Shown here piece by piece: positions 38,040 through 47,442 of a stretch of 64,000 nt of DNA. A program made the translations under genes and the position numbers. Origin of the DNA: Syntrophomonadaceae bacterium (GTDB taxonomy: Bacteria > Bacillota > Dethiobacteria > DTU022). Location: the NCBI GenBank assembly GCA_003567725.1, contig PWYU01000052.1, positions 3,095-67,094 of the forward strand, read 5' to 3'. The notes beneath the pieces are model-generated. The model had not been told where the DNA came from. It saw only the letters and a program-made list of their open reading frames with translations, and made no database searches. Each line of letters starts with the position of its first letter. Position 1 is the stretch's first letter.

Positions 38040-39266
38040 ATGAAATTAATGCGGGTCACAGACCCTGAAAAAGTATTACAAATAATCACTGCCCAGTTTG
38101 AACCGTTAGAAAAAGCGGTCATATGCCTTGAAAAAGCAGGAGGTTACTGCCTGGCATATGAGATCAATGCGCCTGAAAATATTCCCGGTTTTAATCGATC
38201 CACAGTTGATGGCTATGCAGTGACAGCTAAAGAGACCTTTGGCGCCAGCGAGGGCATTCCTGCCATCTTTGATAACGCCGGTGAAGTTTTAATGGGCCAA
38301 ACTGCCCCTTCTATCAAGCCCGGCCAGTGCTGCCTGGTCCACACCGGAGGCATGCTTCCCAAAGAAGCTGATGCGGTTATTATGATTGAAGATACCGAGG
38401 TTACCGGCACCACGGTGCAAAGCTTCAACCAGGTAGCCCCCGGCGAAAATGTTATTCACCGGGGGGAAGATTTAAAACAAGGCGATTCAGCTTTAAAACA
38501 AGGGCATCGCCTGCGCGCTCCTGAAATTGGCCTGCTGGCATCACTTGGCATTACTGAAATTGAAGTAAACCGCCGGCCCAGGGTAGGTTTCTTTTCCACG
38601 GGTGATGAACTGGTAAATTATAACCAGCCCAATCTCAAACCCGGCCAGATCAGGGACAGCAATGCCCCGGCTTTGCTGCACCTGGCCAGGCAAGCAGGAT
38701 CGGAAGCACAATATGGTGGGATCTTGCCTGATCAGTTTGCTATCTTTGTGGAAAAAAGCCGCGCCATGTTAGAAGAGGTTGACTTACTGGTTTTTTCAGG
38801 AGGCAGCTCGGTGGGAACCCGCGATTTTACAGCCCGGACCATGCAGGAACTGGGCCGACCCGGCCTGCTGGTAGAAGGGATCTCCATACAACCCGGAAAA
38901 CCGACCCTGCTTGCCAATTGTGACGGAAAACCCGTTCTCGGTTTGCCAGGCCACCCGGTTTCTGCCTTAAACATTTTTAAGATCTTCGGAAAAGCCATAA
39001 TCGATCGCTTGAGCGGTCATAAAGAAAAATTACCCCTCCCTACTATCAAGGCCACTTTGAACCGCAATATAGCTTCTCGTTCCGGACGAACTGATTACGT
39101 GCGAGTCAAAGTGGAAAACAGTGAAGAGGGATTAAAAGCTCTCCCAATTTTCGGCCGCTCTGGAATGCTGCGGACCCTGGCTGAAGCAGATGGTCTTCTG
39201 GTTATTCCTGCTGAAAAAGAAGGACTGAGCGCAGAAGAAACAGTGGAAATAATTCCATGGGATTGA
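38040..39266 (+). CDS. moeA: molybdopterin molybdenumtransferase
   Basis: 408 aa with the MoeA N/central/C domain pattern: STVDGYAV, SGGSSVGTRDF, QPGKPT, GLPGHPVSA. Confidence 0.9.
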   Translation: MKLMRVTDPEKVLQIITAQFEPLEKAVICLEKAGGYCLAYEINAPENIPGFNRSTVDGYAVTAKETFGASEGIPAIFDNAGEVLMGQTAPSIKPGQCCLVHTGGMLPKEADAVIMIEDTEVTGTTVQSFNQVAPGENVIHRGEDLKQGDSALKQGHRLRAPEIGLLASLGITEIEVNRRPRVGFFSTGDELVNYNQPNLKPGQIRDSNAPALLHLARQAGSEAQYGGILPDQFAIFVEKSRAMLEEVDLLVFSGGSSVGTRDFTARTMQELGRPGLLVEGISIQPGKPTLLANCDGKPVLGLPGHPVSALNIFKIFGKAIIDRLSGHKEKLPLPTIKATLNRNIASRSGRTDYVRVKVENSEEGLKALPIFGRSGMLRTLAEADGLLVIPAEKEGLSAEETVEIIPWD

Positions 39267-39312
39267 TAAAGACTAACCTTTTAATGTTTGGTTATAATAA
39301 CGGAGGTGCCCT

Positions 39313-41220
39313 GTGCGCAAAATTTATTTAAGCAATCTTCCCAGGCTGGAAGCTCTAAAAAAGTTTCTGGCGGAAGTAGAGCTTCCGCATCATACTGAAA
39401 ATATTGCCACAGGCAAAGCCCTGGACCGGGTAACGGCTGAAGCTGTTTTTGCCCGGTACTCCATGCCCGGTTATCACGCTGCTGCAATGGATGGTATTGC
39501 AGTAGTAGCTGAGCAAACTTTTAGCGCATCCGATCAGTCCCCGCTCCAGCTTGAACCGGAACATAATTATCGCAACATAAACACCGGTGAACCACTTCCT
39601 TCCGGTTTTGATGCGGTTATCAAAGTAGAAGAGGTCCATTTTAATACCGACGGCAAGGCTGAGATAATCGCTCCGGCCACACCCTGGCAGCACATCCGGG
39701 CCGTAGGCGAAGATGTAGTAGCCGGGGAATTGATTGTTCCCGGGCGACACCGCCTGCGCCCTCAAGATCTGGGAGCTCTTTTGGCCGGAGGAATAACAGA
39801 AATTGAAATTTTACAGGCGCCCCGGGTGGCAATTATACCCAGTGGATCTGAAATTATAGATCCGGGTGAAGAACGCAAAAAAGGAAGCATCCCCGACTTT
39901 AACAGCACCGTGATTTTCTCTTATTTAAAACAATGGGGAGCAGATCCTGAAATTAAATCAAGGGTTCCCGATGATCCTGACAGGATCCGGAAAGCATTAT
40001 TGGAAGCGATAAATGAATTTGATGTGGTGATCATTAATGCCGGTTCATCGGCAGGAGATAAAGATTATACCTTTGCAGCCATTGAAGAGCTGGGAGAAGT
40101 GTTTTTGCATGGTGTAGCTACCAGGCCCGGCAAACCGACCATCCTCGGGCAGATCCGTAAAAAACCGGTGATTGGCCTCCCCGGCTATCCCGTTTCTGCC
40201 TACATGAGCCTGGAATGGTTTACCCGGCCCTTAATCTACCGCTATTTTGGGCTTCCCCTGCCGGAGAGACAAAAAATGCCTGTTACCCTGGGACGCAGGG
40301 TGGTTTCAGAGTTGGGGGTAGAGGAATTTGTCCGGATGACGATAGGCTATATAGATGGCCGTTTTATCGCCAATCCTCTAACCAGAGGGGCCGGCGTAAC
40401 CATGTCTTTAGTGCGGGCCGATGGCTTGCTGGTTATTCCAGCCAACTCGCTCGGTTACGAGCAGGATCAAATGGTTGACATCGAACTTTACCGGCCCGAC
40501 TATGAGCTTAATCATAATTTAATGGCCGCCGGCAGCCACGACTTAATTCTCGATTTATTGGCTACATCTTTAAAAGAGCGTGATCCGTACTTAAGCTTAT
40601 CTTCCGCCCATTTAGGCAGCATGGGTGGCATCGCTGCCATAGGAAAAAGACAGGCTCACCTGGCCGGGGTCCATTTGTTCGATCCAGATAAAAACGATTA
40701 CAACTGGCCCTACATCGATAAAATGCTAACTCTTAAAGACCTCAGGCTGGTCAACCTGGCTTATCGAATGCAGGGCTGGATCGTTCCAACGGGTAACCCC
40801 GATAATATTAAAACCATCGATGATCTGGCCAAATCAGGGGTTAGCTTTATTAATCGTCAGAAAGGCGCAGGGACCCGCATCTTATTCGACCATTTACTGC
40901 GGGAAGCAGGGCTGTCCCCGGATCAGATTTACGGTTATGAAAGAGAAGAGTTTACGCATTTAAACGTAGCGGCTTCCGTAGCGGCAGGGACTGCCCGGGC
41001 GGGCCTCGGCATCTTACCCGCCGCTAAAGCATTTGACTTAGATTTTGTACCTTTGGCAGAAGAACGCTATGACCTCTTGATGAGCAATTCTTTCTATAGC
41101 AGCAAGGAGGCAGAACCTATCTTTGAAATTATTACTGATCCCGCTTTTCAAAAAAAAGTTGAAGATATGGGCGGTTACAGCATGAGAGATGCCGGGAAGC
41201 TTATGAGCAGGAAAGAGTAG
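39313..41220 (+). CDS. MoeA paralogue fused to a C-terminal periplasmic-binding-protein-like (molybdate/tungstate-binding type) domain
   Basis: 635 aa. Residues 1-~405 are MoeA-like (AAMDGIAV, AGSSAGDKDY, RPGKPT, GLPGYPVSA). The C-terminal ~230 aa (GSHDLILDLL...INRQKGAGTR) are PBP-like. Confidence 0.8.
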   Translation: MRKIYLSNLPRLEALKKFLAEVELPHHTENIATGKALDRVTAEAVFARYSMPGYHAAAMDGIAVVAEQTFSASDQSPLQLEPEHNYRNINTGEPLPSGFDAVIKVEEVHFNTDGKAEIIAPATPWQHIRAVGEDVVAGELIVPGRHRLRPQDLGALLAGGITEIEILQAPRVAIIPSGSEIIDPGEERKKGSIPDFNSTVIFSYLKQWGADPEIKSRVPDDPDRIRKALLEAINEFDVVIINAGSSAGDKDYTFAAIEELGEVFLHGVATRPGKPTILGQIRKKPVIGLPGYPVSAYMSLEWFTRPLIYRYFGLPLPERQKMPVTLGRRVVSELGVEEFVRMTIGYIDGRFIANPLTRGAGVTMSLVRADGLLVIPANSLGYEQDQMVDIELYRPDYELNHNLMAAGSHDLILDLLATSLKERDPYLSLSSAHLGSMGGIAAIGKRQAHLAGVHLFDPDKNDYNWPYIDKMLTLKDLRLVNLAYRMQGWIVPTGNPDNIKTIDDLAKSGVSFINRQKGAGTRILFDHLLREAGLSPDQIYGYEREEFTHLNVAASVAAGTARAGLGILPAAKAFDLDFVPLAEERYDLLMSNSFYSSKEAEPIFEIITDPAFQKKVEDMGGYSMRDAGKLMSRKE

Positions 41221-41289
41221 ACTTGAAATGAATCAATTGCCCGGGAAATAATTTTGAACATGTACTTTTGTATAAAAGGAGCCCTGAAC

Positions 41290-42285
41290 ATGATATTACT
41301 GGACGGACAAGGAAGAAAGCATGACTATTTGAGAATATCTGTTACCGACCGCTGTAATTTGCGCTGTATATATTGCATGGGTAATGACGGCATTGAGCAG
41401 ACTTCACATGATCAAATTTTAAGCTATGAAGATATTTTGAAGGTTGTTTCTGCTGCTGCTGAACTGGGCATTAGTAAGATCAGAATTACCGGAGGAGAAC
41501 CATTGGTCCGAAAAGATCTGGTCGATTTAATCAAAATGATAGCGGCAGTTCCCGGTATTAAGGACCTGGCTATGACTACCAATGGTACTCTTCTGCCCCG
41601 CTATGTTGAAGCTTTGAAAAAGGCAGGTTTAAACCGGGTTAATATCAGTCTTGATACTCTTAATGCTGATAAATACCATAAGATAACCCGCTGCGGCAAG
41701 TTTGAGGATGTGATTAAAGGTATCGATGCCTCCCTGCATTATGACCTAAACCCGGTTAAACTAAATACCGTTTTGATGAAAGGGATAAATGATGACGAAG
41801 TGCTCGCCTTTTTAAACCTGGCCATGGAAAAACCATTACATATACGCTTTATAGAGTACATGCAAATTGGCGATCATGATCAGGGTTACAGCAACCATTA
41901 CCTGCCGCTTAGCTTTGTAGAAAAGACAGCTAAAAAAGCCGGACTGCCTTTGAAACCGGTTCCCCTGCCAGGAGGGGCCGGCCCGGCTGAATCATATAGC
42001 ATCCCCGGCGCTAAAGGAACAATTGGCCTGATTCACCCGATTAGCAAACACTTTTGTGACAGCTGTAACCGGCTGCGCCTAACTTCTGAAGGGTCGCTTA
42101 AAGCATGTCTTTACTGGCAGGATGAAAAACCGGTCCAGCCTTTTCTAAGCGACAAAGAGGCCCTGAAAAACTTGATCAGGGAAGTTCTCTGCGGAAAGCC
42201 GGTTGAGCACAAAATGACAGCAGACGGCAAATATGGATCAATTAACCCCGGGACCATGCGGGGCATGTCCAAAACCGGGGGTTAA
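41290..42285 (+). CDS. moaA: GTP 3',8-cyclase (radical SAM)
   Basis: LRISVTDRCNLRCIYC radical-SAM motif and a C-terminal CxxC...C (CDSCNRLRLTSEGSLKAC). ATG 41290 follows AAGGAG; the track ORF starts at 41254. Confidence 0.92.
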   Translation: MILLDGQGRKHDYLRISVTDRCNLRCIYCMGNDGIEQTSHDQILSYEDILKVVSAAAELGISKIRITGGEPLVRKDLVDLIKMIAAVPGIKDLAMTTNGTLLPRYVEALKKAGLNRVNISLDTLNADKYHKITRCGKFEDVIKGIDASLHYDLNPVKLNTVLMKGINDDEVLAFLNLAMEKPLHIRFIEYMQIGDHDQGYSNHYLPLSFVEKTAKKAGLPLKPVPLPGGAGPAESYSIPGAKGTIGLIHPISKHFCDSCNRLRLTSEGSLKACLYWQDEKPVQPFLSDKEALKNLIREVLCGKPVEHKMTADGKYGSINPGTMRGMSKTGG

Positions 42286-42298
42286 ATCAATAGCAAAC

Positions 42299-42440
42299 CT
42301 AACTACTCAGGCTTATGCCCTTGTTGAATCAGCGGCGCCATGGGGACGGTTCGAGCGTCCCTTAAAGCATAGCTTTAAGGCCGAAGGGAAGACGCTCGAA
42401 CCGTCCCCTGTGGCTTAGCGGACTAAGCCTGAGTAGTTAC
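42299..42440 (+). mobile_element. MITE-like repeat, copy 9 (long variant A, complete, best preserved)
   Basis: CTAACTACTCAGGC...GCCTGAGTAGTTAC. Flanking 8-mers are TAGCAAAC (42291-42298) and TAGCAAAT (42441-42448). A perfect 18-bp stem joins 42342-42359 and 42391-42408, enclosing the 8-bp hairpin CTTAAAGC-ATA-GCTTTAAG. Confidence 0.85.
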
Positions 42441-42479
42441 TAGCAAATCCTAATTATTATTTTAAGGGGGGATTGAGGC

Positions 42480-43517
42480 TTGCCACCAGCAATTATTCAC
42501 CTGATCGCATCCCGCTCCAAGACGGGAAAAACAACAATCCTGGAGAATACGCTTCCAATCCTGAAACAACGCGGCCTCAGGGTAGCCGCCTTAAAAGGCA
42601 ACCTGAGCCACTATGAGTTAGATTTGCCCCGCAAGGACAGCTGGCGCTTTGCCAAAGCAGGAGCTGAAATCGCCGGTTTGACTACCGAAGATAGTTTTAT
42701 TCTAATCAGTTCAAATTTAGCAATAAACGGAAGTGAAGCCGCAGCTGGTTTATTAAAAGACCTGGACTTAATAATTATCGAGGGTAATAAAAGAACCGCA
42801 AACCCAAAGATTGAAGTGGTCCGCAGCGACCTCAACCCGGAACCGCTTTTACTGCCCAACACTATTGCCGTTATCACCGACCGCGAAGACTTAAATATTG
42901 CGGTACCGGTTATTAATATTAACAACCCGGCTGCCCTGGTAGATTTTATATGCACAACGGTTGTAAAACAGGCAGGGCAGGCTGAGCTTGCAGCAGAAAA
43001 CCGTAGTGAGAACAATCAAGACCTGCATTCAAAAAGCGGTTTAACTCACTTCGATCAATCTGGCAGGCCTAAAATGGTCGATGTTTCTGCTAAAAACCAG
43101 ACCATCCGGGAAGCCTATGCCCGCGGTGAAATCTTTATGCTTCCGGAAACTTTACAACAGGTTATGGCCGGAACCATGGCTAAGGGAGACGTCCTCGGGG
43201 TAGCCCAGGTGGCTGCCGTAATGGCAGTTAAAGAAACCGGCCGTTTAATTCCTATGGCCCACCCTTTAGGCATTTCCGGTGTGGAAGTTGACTTTAATCC
43301 CCAAAAAAGCGATCCGGCTAAAATAGAAATTGGGGTCAGGGTTAAACTGGCAGGGCAGACCGGGGTGGAGATGGAAGCGCTGACCGGCGTCAGTATTGCC
43401 GCCCTGACTATTTACGATATGTGTAAAGCTATCGATAAAAACATGACTATAACAAATATCCGCCTCATTGAGAAGAAAGGAGGGCGTTCCGGCCACTATC
43501 GCCGTGAACAAAACTAA
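42480..43517 (+). CDS. MobB-MoaC fusion (MGD synthesis adaptor + cyclic pyranopterin monophosphate synthase)
   Basis: 345 aa. The N-terminal ~165 aa have a P-loop (SRSKTGKTT), MobB-like. The C-terminal ~155 aa (LTHFDQSGRPKMVDVSAK...TREAYA...MAHPLGISGV...TGVEMEALTG) are MoaC. TTG start after AAGGGGGGA. Confidence 0.85.
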   Translation: MPPAIIHLIASRSKTGKTTILENTLPILKQRGLRVAALKGNLSHYELDLPRKDSWRFAKAGAEIAGLTTEDSFILISSNLAINGSEAAAGLLKDLDLIIIEGNKRTANPKIEVVRSDLNPEPLLLPNTIAVITDREDLNIAVPVININNPAALVDFICTTVVKQAGQAELAAENRSENNQDLHSKSGLTHFDQSGRPKMVDVSAKNQTIREAYARGEIFMLPETLQQVMAGTMAKGDVLGVAQVAAVMAVKETGRLIPMAHPLGISGVEVDFNPQKSDPAKIEIGVRVKLAGQTGVEMEALTGVSIAALTIYDMCKAIDKNMTITNIRLIEKKGGRSGHYRREQN

Positions 43518-44431
43518 TGCCTGAAATAATCGCAGTTTGTACCAGCCCTAACAAAGGGCAGCGCAAAAAAAATATCGGCAACAGTTTATTAATTAAAGAC
43601 AGGGGCCTTGAAGGCGATGCCCATGCCGGTTTCGAGCATCGTCAGGTTAGCCTTCTGGCTGAAGAAAGCATAGCAAAAATGACCGCTCAGGGTCTGGATG
43701 TCGGCCCGGGTGATTTCGCTGAAAACCTGACTACGCGAGGCATTGAGCTGGCCAGTCTGCCTGTCGGTACCAGGTTAAAGGCCGGTTATGAAGCATTTTT
43801 ACGGGTCACCCAGATCGGTAAAGAATGCCATGACCGCTGTGCCATCTACTATCAAGCCGGCGATTGCGTCATGCCTCGTGAAGGAATTTTTGCTGAAGTC
43901 CTAAGAGAGGGCGCTATCAAAACAGGAGATAAACTGGAGATTATCCCTTCATACCGTTTTGGAGTAATCACCGCCAGCGACAAAGGAGCCGGCGGGGAAC
44001 GTGAAGACAAAAGTGGCCCGGTAATTAGCGAAACGCTGTTACCCTGGGGCGATGTAGTTGAAACTGCCATCGTTCCCGATGAACAGGCAGCCTTAAGTAC
44101 CAAGATGCAGGAAATGATTGCAAAAGGAGTTGAGGCAATCTTTACTACAGGCGGAACCGGGTTGAGCCCACGGGATGTAACACCTGAGGCCACCCTGGCA
44201 GTAATTGATCGGGAAGTACCCGGTATTGCTGAAGCTATTAGGCGGGAAACAGCGGCAGCTACAGCCAAAGCCATGCTATCCAGAGCTGTAGCAGGAATAA
44301 GCGGTTCAACTTTGATCATTAACCTTCCTGGCAGTCCAAAAGCAGTGGCGGAATGCCTGGCCGTTATTACGCCAGTGCTTGATCATGCCCTGGAAACAGT
44401 AACCGGCCGCGGTGGAGATTGTGCCCGTTAA
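43517..44431 (+). CDS. MOSC domain fused to MogA/MoaB-type molybdopterin adenylyltransferase domain
   Basis: 304 aa. The N-terminal ~140 aa are MOSC-like (GLEGDAHAG...RQVSLL). The C-terminal ~160 aa carry TTGGTGLSPRDVTPEA and INLPGSPKA (MogA/MoaB). TAATG start/stop overlap with the upstream gene. Confidence 0.8.
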   Translation: MPEIIAVCTSPNKGQRKKNIGNSLLIKDRGLEGDAHAGFEHRQVSLLAEESIAKMTAQGLDVGPGDFAENLTTRGIELASLPVGTRLKAGYEAFLRVTQIGKECHDRCAIYYQAGDCVMPREGIFAEVLREGAIKTGDKLEIIPSYRFGVITASDKGAGGEREDKSGPVISETLLPWGDVVETAIVPDEQAALSTKMQEMIAKGVEAIFTTGGTGLSPRDVTPEATLAVIDREVPGIAEAIRRETAAATAKAMLSRAVAGISGSTLIINLPGSPKAVAECLAVITPVLDHALETVTGRGGDCAR

Positions 44432-44537
44432 AATTCAAAACATCATCATTACCAGGCTCTAAATTAGTTGGCTTTTGGTGGCATTTGCCCCAGGTTTAGA
44501 ATACAAATCGATCAGGTTTATAACATTTCTAAAGATA

Positions 44538-45278
44538 CTATTCTTTAAGGGCACTCAAAATTGAGCGCAGCCTTTCTCTGTAGCCTGCTGTTTCAATAAC
44601 CGTACCCGTAACCACAATATCGGCACCTGCCTGTCGAACCCTGCGCGCATCTATGGCGGTACGAATACCACCACCAACTATTAAAGGTACGGTTAGTTCT
44701 CTTTTAACCGCCCTGATCATGCCAGCTGGAACCGGTTGAGCAGCGCCGTTGCCGGCTTCGAGAAAGACATAACTCATCCCCATGAATTGAGCGGTTAGGG
44801 CATAACCGATGGCTTGCCAGAAATTATCACGGGCAACCAGGTCTGCTTCGCCGATTTCGCCAAGCTTCATACCCGGTTCCACCAGAATATAGCCAATTGA
44901 TAAAACTTCAACCTCCAAGCGCTTCAAAACTGAAGAAACTTTAGATTGAGTGCCACTGACAAACTTAGAATTACGAGAATTTAAAAGGCTAAGCATCAAA
45001 AAAGCATCCAGGTTTAGGCAAATAGACTCAGTGCCGGTAGGAAAAAACAAAACCGGTATAGAGGTTCTATCTTTAACCACTTCTGCAGTTTCTGTAAGAG
45101 CCCTTTGGGTAACCCCGGAAGATCCGCCTACAAATATCAAATCGCTTCCGACCTCCTGGGCAGTCACAGCCAGCCTGCCCGCTGCCTCAGGAACCTGCCG
45201 GGAAGGATCAATCAAGGTGATATGAACAGCACCCTGTTCAAGTTTTTGCTCAATGTATTTTTGAACTTTCATCGCCAT
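44538..45278 (-). CDS. (hepta/geranylgeranyl)prenylglyceryl phosphate synthase family protein (PcrB/GGGPS)
   Basis: 246 aa TIM-barrel pattern: LIDPS..., GSDLIFVGGS, PVLFFP, GGGIRT...GADIVVTG. Confidence 0.7.
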   Translation of the reverse strand: MAMKVQKYIEQKLEQGAVHITLIDPSRQVPEAAGRLAVTAQEVGSDLIFVGGSSGVTQRALTETAEVVKDRTSIPVLFFPTGTESICLNLDAFLMLSLLNSRNSKFVSGTQSKVSSVLKRLEVEVLSIGYILVEPGMKLGEIGEADLVARDNFWQAIGYALTAQFMGMSYVFLEAGNGAAQPVPAGMIRAVKRELTVPLIVGGGIRTAIDARRVRQAGADIVVTGTVIETAGYRERLRSILSALKE

Positions 45279-45777
45279 TACCTTCTTCTTAGATAGAGTT
45301 CCACCAGTTACTCCGGCTTTAAAATAGCCAGCTTCTTTTTTATAGATTATAAAATTTTTAGCTAAGCTTATTATAATTTAGATCTGCCGGTTTGACAACT
45401 TATTAAGAACACTGCATAACACCGTTCCTGGCCATAATCCCGATTATTGCAGCGTTTTAAAGGCTTTTTCTACTTAAATATGCCTTTCTAATTCAAATTT
45501 TTTACTTCTTCATATCTATTCTGGTGTATTGCAAATGCCAGCGATGGCGAAAGGGCAGATTTTCAGAGAACGAACAGAGACATGTCCTCAAGAAAGTGAT
45601 GGCAGTGCCGTTTGATCCAGGCTGGCTTTTTAAAGATAAATTGGGACCCGACTTAAGAGTTAATTATTATCAAGGTCTTTTGTTTGTGCTATTATTAGAT
45701 CACGGCTTAAATGGAATCCGAAACCGTTTACTTTAAAGAGTGTTGTACTGAATAAATCCACAGGGGAGGGATCTTTC

Positions 45778-46302
45778 TTGAATCTTGTTGAATATAATGG
45801 CAAGAAACCGGTTTTTGGAAATAGGGTTTATGTAGATCCAATGGCCATCCTGATCGGTGATATCGTCATAAATGATGGAGTAGGTGTCTGGCCCGGTGCA
45901 GTGATCAGGGCAGATGAAGGGCAGGTTATCCTGGAGCAAGGGGTTATGGTTTTGGAGCATGCTCTTATTGAACCCGGCAAAGGCGGAGCTTTATCGGTAG
46001 GCAGCGGAACGATCATCAGTCATGGCGCTATCATTCATGGAGCATCTATAGGCAAAAATTGCGTTATAGGGATTGGCGCACGGGTGCTTGACAATGCGGT
46101 GATTAAAGACCATTCTATTGTCGGAGCAGGAGCCCTTGTTGCTCCCAATAAAGAAATTCCTTCAAAAAAGATGGTCCTGGGCCTGCCCGGAAAAATCATC
46201 AAGGATCTCGATCAAACTAGCCTGGAAACCACTAAAAAAGAATGGGACATGCTTAACAATAAGCTTGATTATTACATCAAAGTAAGAGGCATAAAGCCTT
46301 AA
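45778..46302 (+). CDS. gamma-carbonic-anhydrase-like left-handed beta-helix (hexapeptide repeat) protein
   Basis: 174 aa with hexapeptide repeats (IGDIVINDGVGVWPGAVIRAD...IGKNCVIGIGARVLDNAVI). TTG start 7 nt after GGGGAGGG. Confidence 0.8.
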   Translation: MNLVEYNGKKPVFGNRVYVDPMAILIGDIVINDGVGVWPGAVIRADEGQVILEQGVMVLEHALIEPGKGGALSVGSGTIISHGAIIHGASIGKNCVIGIGARVLDNAVIKDHSIVGAGALVAPNKEIPSKKMVLGLPGKIIKDLDQTSLETTKKEWDMLNNKLDYYIKVRGIKP

Positions 46303-46373
46303 ATTAAGGACAGGGATGGCTACCAGACTGCAGATAATATAATTGCTGAACGTTGAGGCCCACTAACTTAAAG

Positions 46374-46394
46374 GACCGCCCAAATTGGGCGGTC
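46374..46394. terminator. bidirectional hairpin between convergent genes
   Basis: GACCGCCCA-AAT-TGGGCGGTC perfect 9-bp stem between the LbH gene (+) and rpsI (-). Confidence 0.6.
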
Positions 46395-46428
46395 TCTTAA
46401 TATATAATGATATATTGCTCTTAAGAAC

Positions 46429-46821
46429 TTATCTTTTGGAGAATTGTGGCGCGCGGCGGGCTTTTTTCAAGCCGTACTTCTTGCGTTCTATCATCCGTGG
46501 ATCACGGGTTAGGAAACCACTTTTCTTTAAAACCGGCCTGTAATCATCATCTGCCTGTAAAAGAGCACGGGCTATTCCATGCCTGATTGCGCCGGCCTGA
46601 CCGGAAAATCCCCCGCCTTCGACTTTAGAGATTACGTCAAATGAGCCTTCGGTTTCAGTAGCCACGAGCGGCTGCTTGACAATTAGCTTAAGGGTTTCCA
46701 ATCCAAAGTAGTCGTCCATTTCTTTACCGTTAATTACAATTTTACCATTACCCGGCATTAAACGGACTCTTGCAACAGATTTTTTACGGCGTCCCGTTCC
46801 CATATATTGTACTTCGCTCAA
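46429..46821 (-). CDS. rpsI: 30S ribosomal protein S9
   Basis: [12 protein letters not shown]... and a C-terminal [12 protein letters not shown]. Confidence 0.95.
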   Translation of the reverse strand: MSEVQYMGTGRRKKSVARVRLMPGNGKIVINGKEMDDYFGLETLKLIVKQPLVATETEGSFDVISKVEGGGFSGQAGAIRHGIARALLQADDDYRPVLKKSGFLTRDPRMIERKKYGLKKARRAPQFSKR

Positions 46822-47285
46822 GAGTTAGGGCCCCCTTCCTTCTTATCTTCCGGCCCTTCTCCCAGGACTTGCGGCTGCTGTGCCTGGTGAGGGTGCTGGT
46901 CATCCCTGTAGACTCGTAGTTTTTTCAACATAGCCCTTCCCAGCCGGTTGTGGGGGAGCATGCCCCGAACAGCATAGTACATCGCTTTGTCCGGATTCTT
47001 ATCCATCAAGGTAGCATAGTCGGTTTTTTTTAGGCCCCCGGGATACCCTGAATGGCGGTAATGAAACTTTTGCTCCGCCTTACGCCCGGTTAAAACCATC
47101 TTTTCTGCATTGAGGATAATGACATGGTCACCGGTATCCAGATGGGGAGTATATTCCGGTTTATGTTTGCCTTTTAACAAACTTGCCGCTTCAGTTGCCA
47201 CTCTACCCATGGGGCGCCCGGCAGCGTTAATAATGTACCAGCTGCGTTTAATTTCGCTTGGTTTAGCCATATACGTAGTGCGCAT
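46818..47285 (-). CDS. rplM: 50S ribosomal protein L13
   Basis: [21 protein letters not shown]... ATG 47285 follows AAGGAGAGA. It has a short acidic C-terminal extension. Confidence 0.93.
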   Translation of the reverse strand: MRTTYMAKPSEIKRSWYIINAAGRPMGRVATEAASLLKGKHKPEYTPHLDTGDHVIILNAEKMVLTGRKAEQKFHYRHSGYPGGLKKTDYATLMDKNPDKAMYYAVRGMLPHNRLGRAMLKKLRVYRDDQHPHQAQQPQVLGEGPEDKKEGGPNS

Positions 47286-47442
47286 TTCCACTCTCTCCTT
47301 TTAACTCTTCCAGTAAAGCCACAACCTACATTTTAATATACCGACCCTGCTATGTCAAGCTAAAACCGCGCTCTTTTAACGATTATCAGGTAAATTATTT
47401 TCGGCTATAACCAAACCGGGGCTTTTATTCAATTAAGATTTT

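Noticed and set aside
42342-42362. A tRNA T-arm-like GGGACG-GTTCGAG-CGTCCC within the repeats, suggesting a tRNA gene or a tRNA-derived SINE
   Set aside because: No acceptor, D or anticodon arms can be drawn around it. The loop register is shifted relative to the TTCRANN consensus. In most copies the segment pairs with the distal arm of the element instead.
45520-45700. Riboswitch-like GC-rich patch (GCCAGCGATGGCGAAAGGGCAG ... GTGATGGCAGTGCC) upstream of the gamma-CA-like gene, considered for fluoride/c-di-GMP classes
   Set aside because: It does not fit either consensus in order or spacing. The downstream gene is not a typical target. There is no terminator or RBS-sequestering platform.
45524-45960. 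Track ORFs 45524..45736 (+) and 45733..45960 (-)
   Set aside because: The first has a GTG start, no RBS and odd composition (Cys/Arg/Trp-rich N-terminus). The second is antisense to the 5' end of the well-supported LbH gene. Both are judged spurious.
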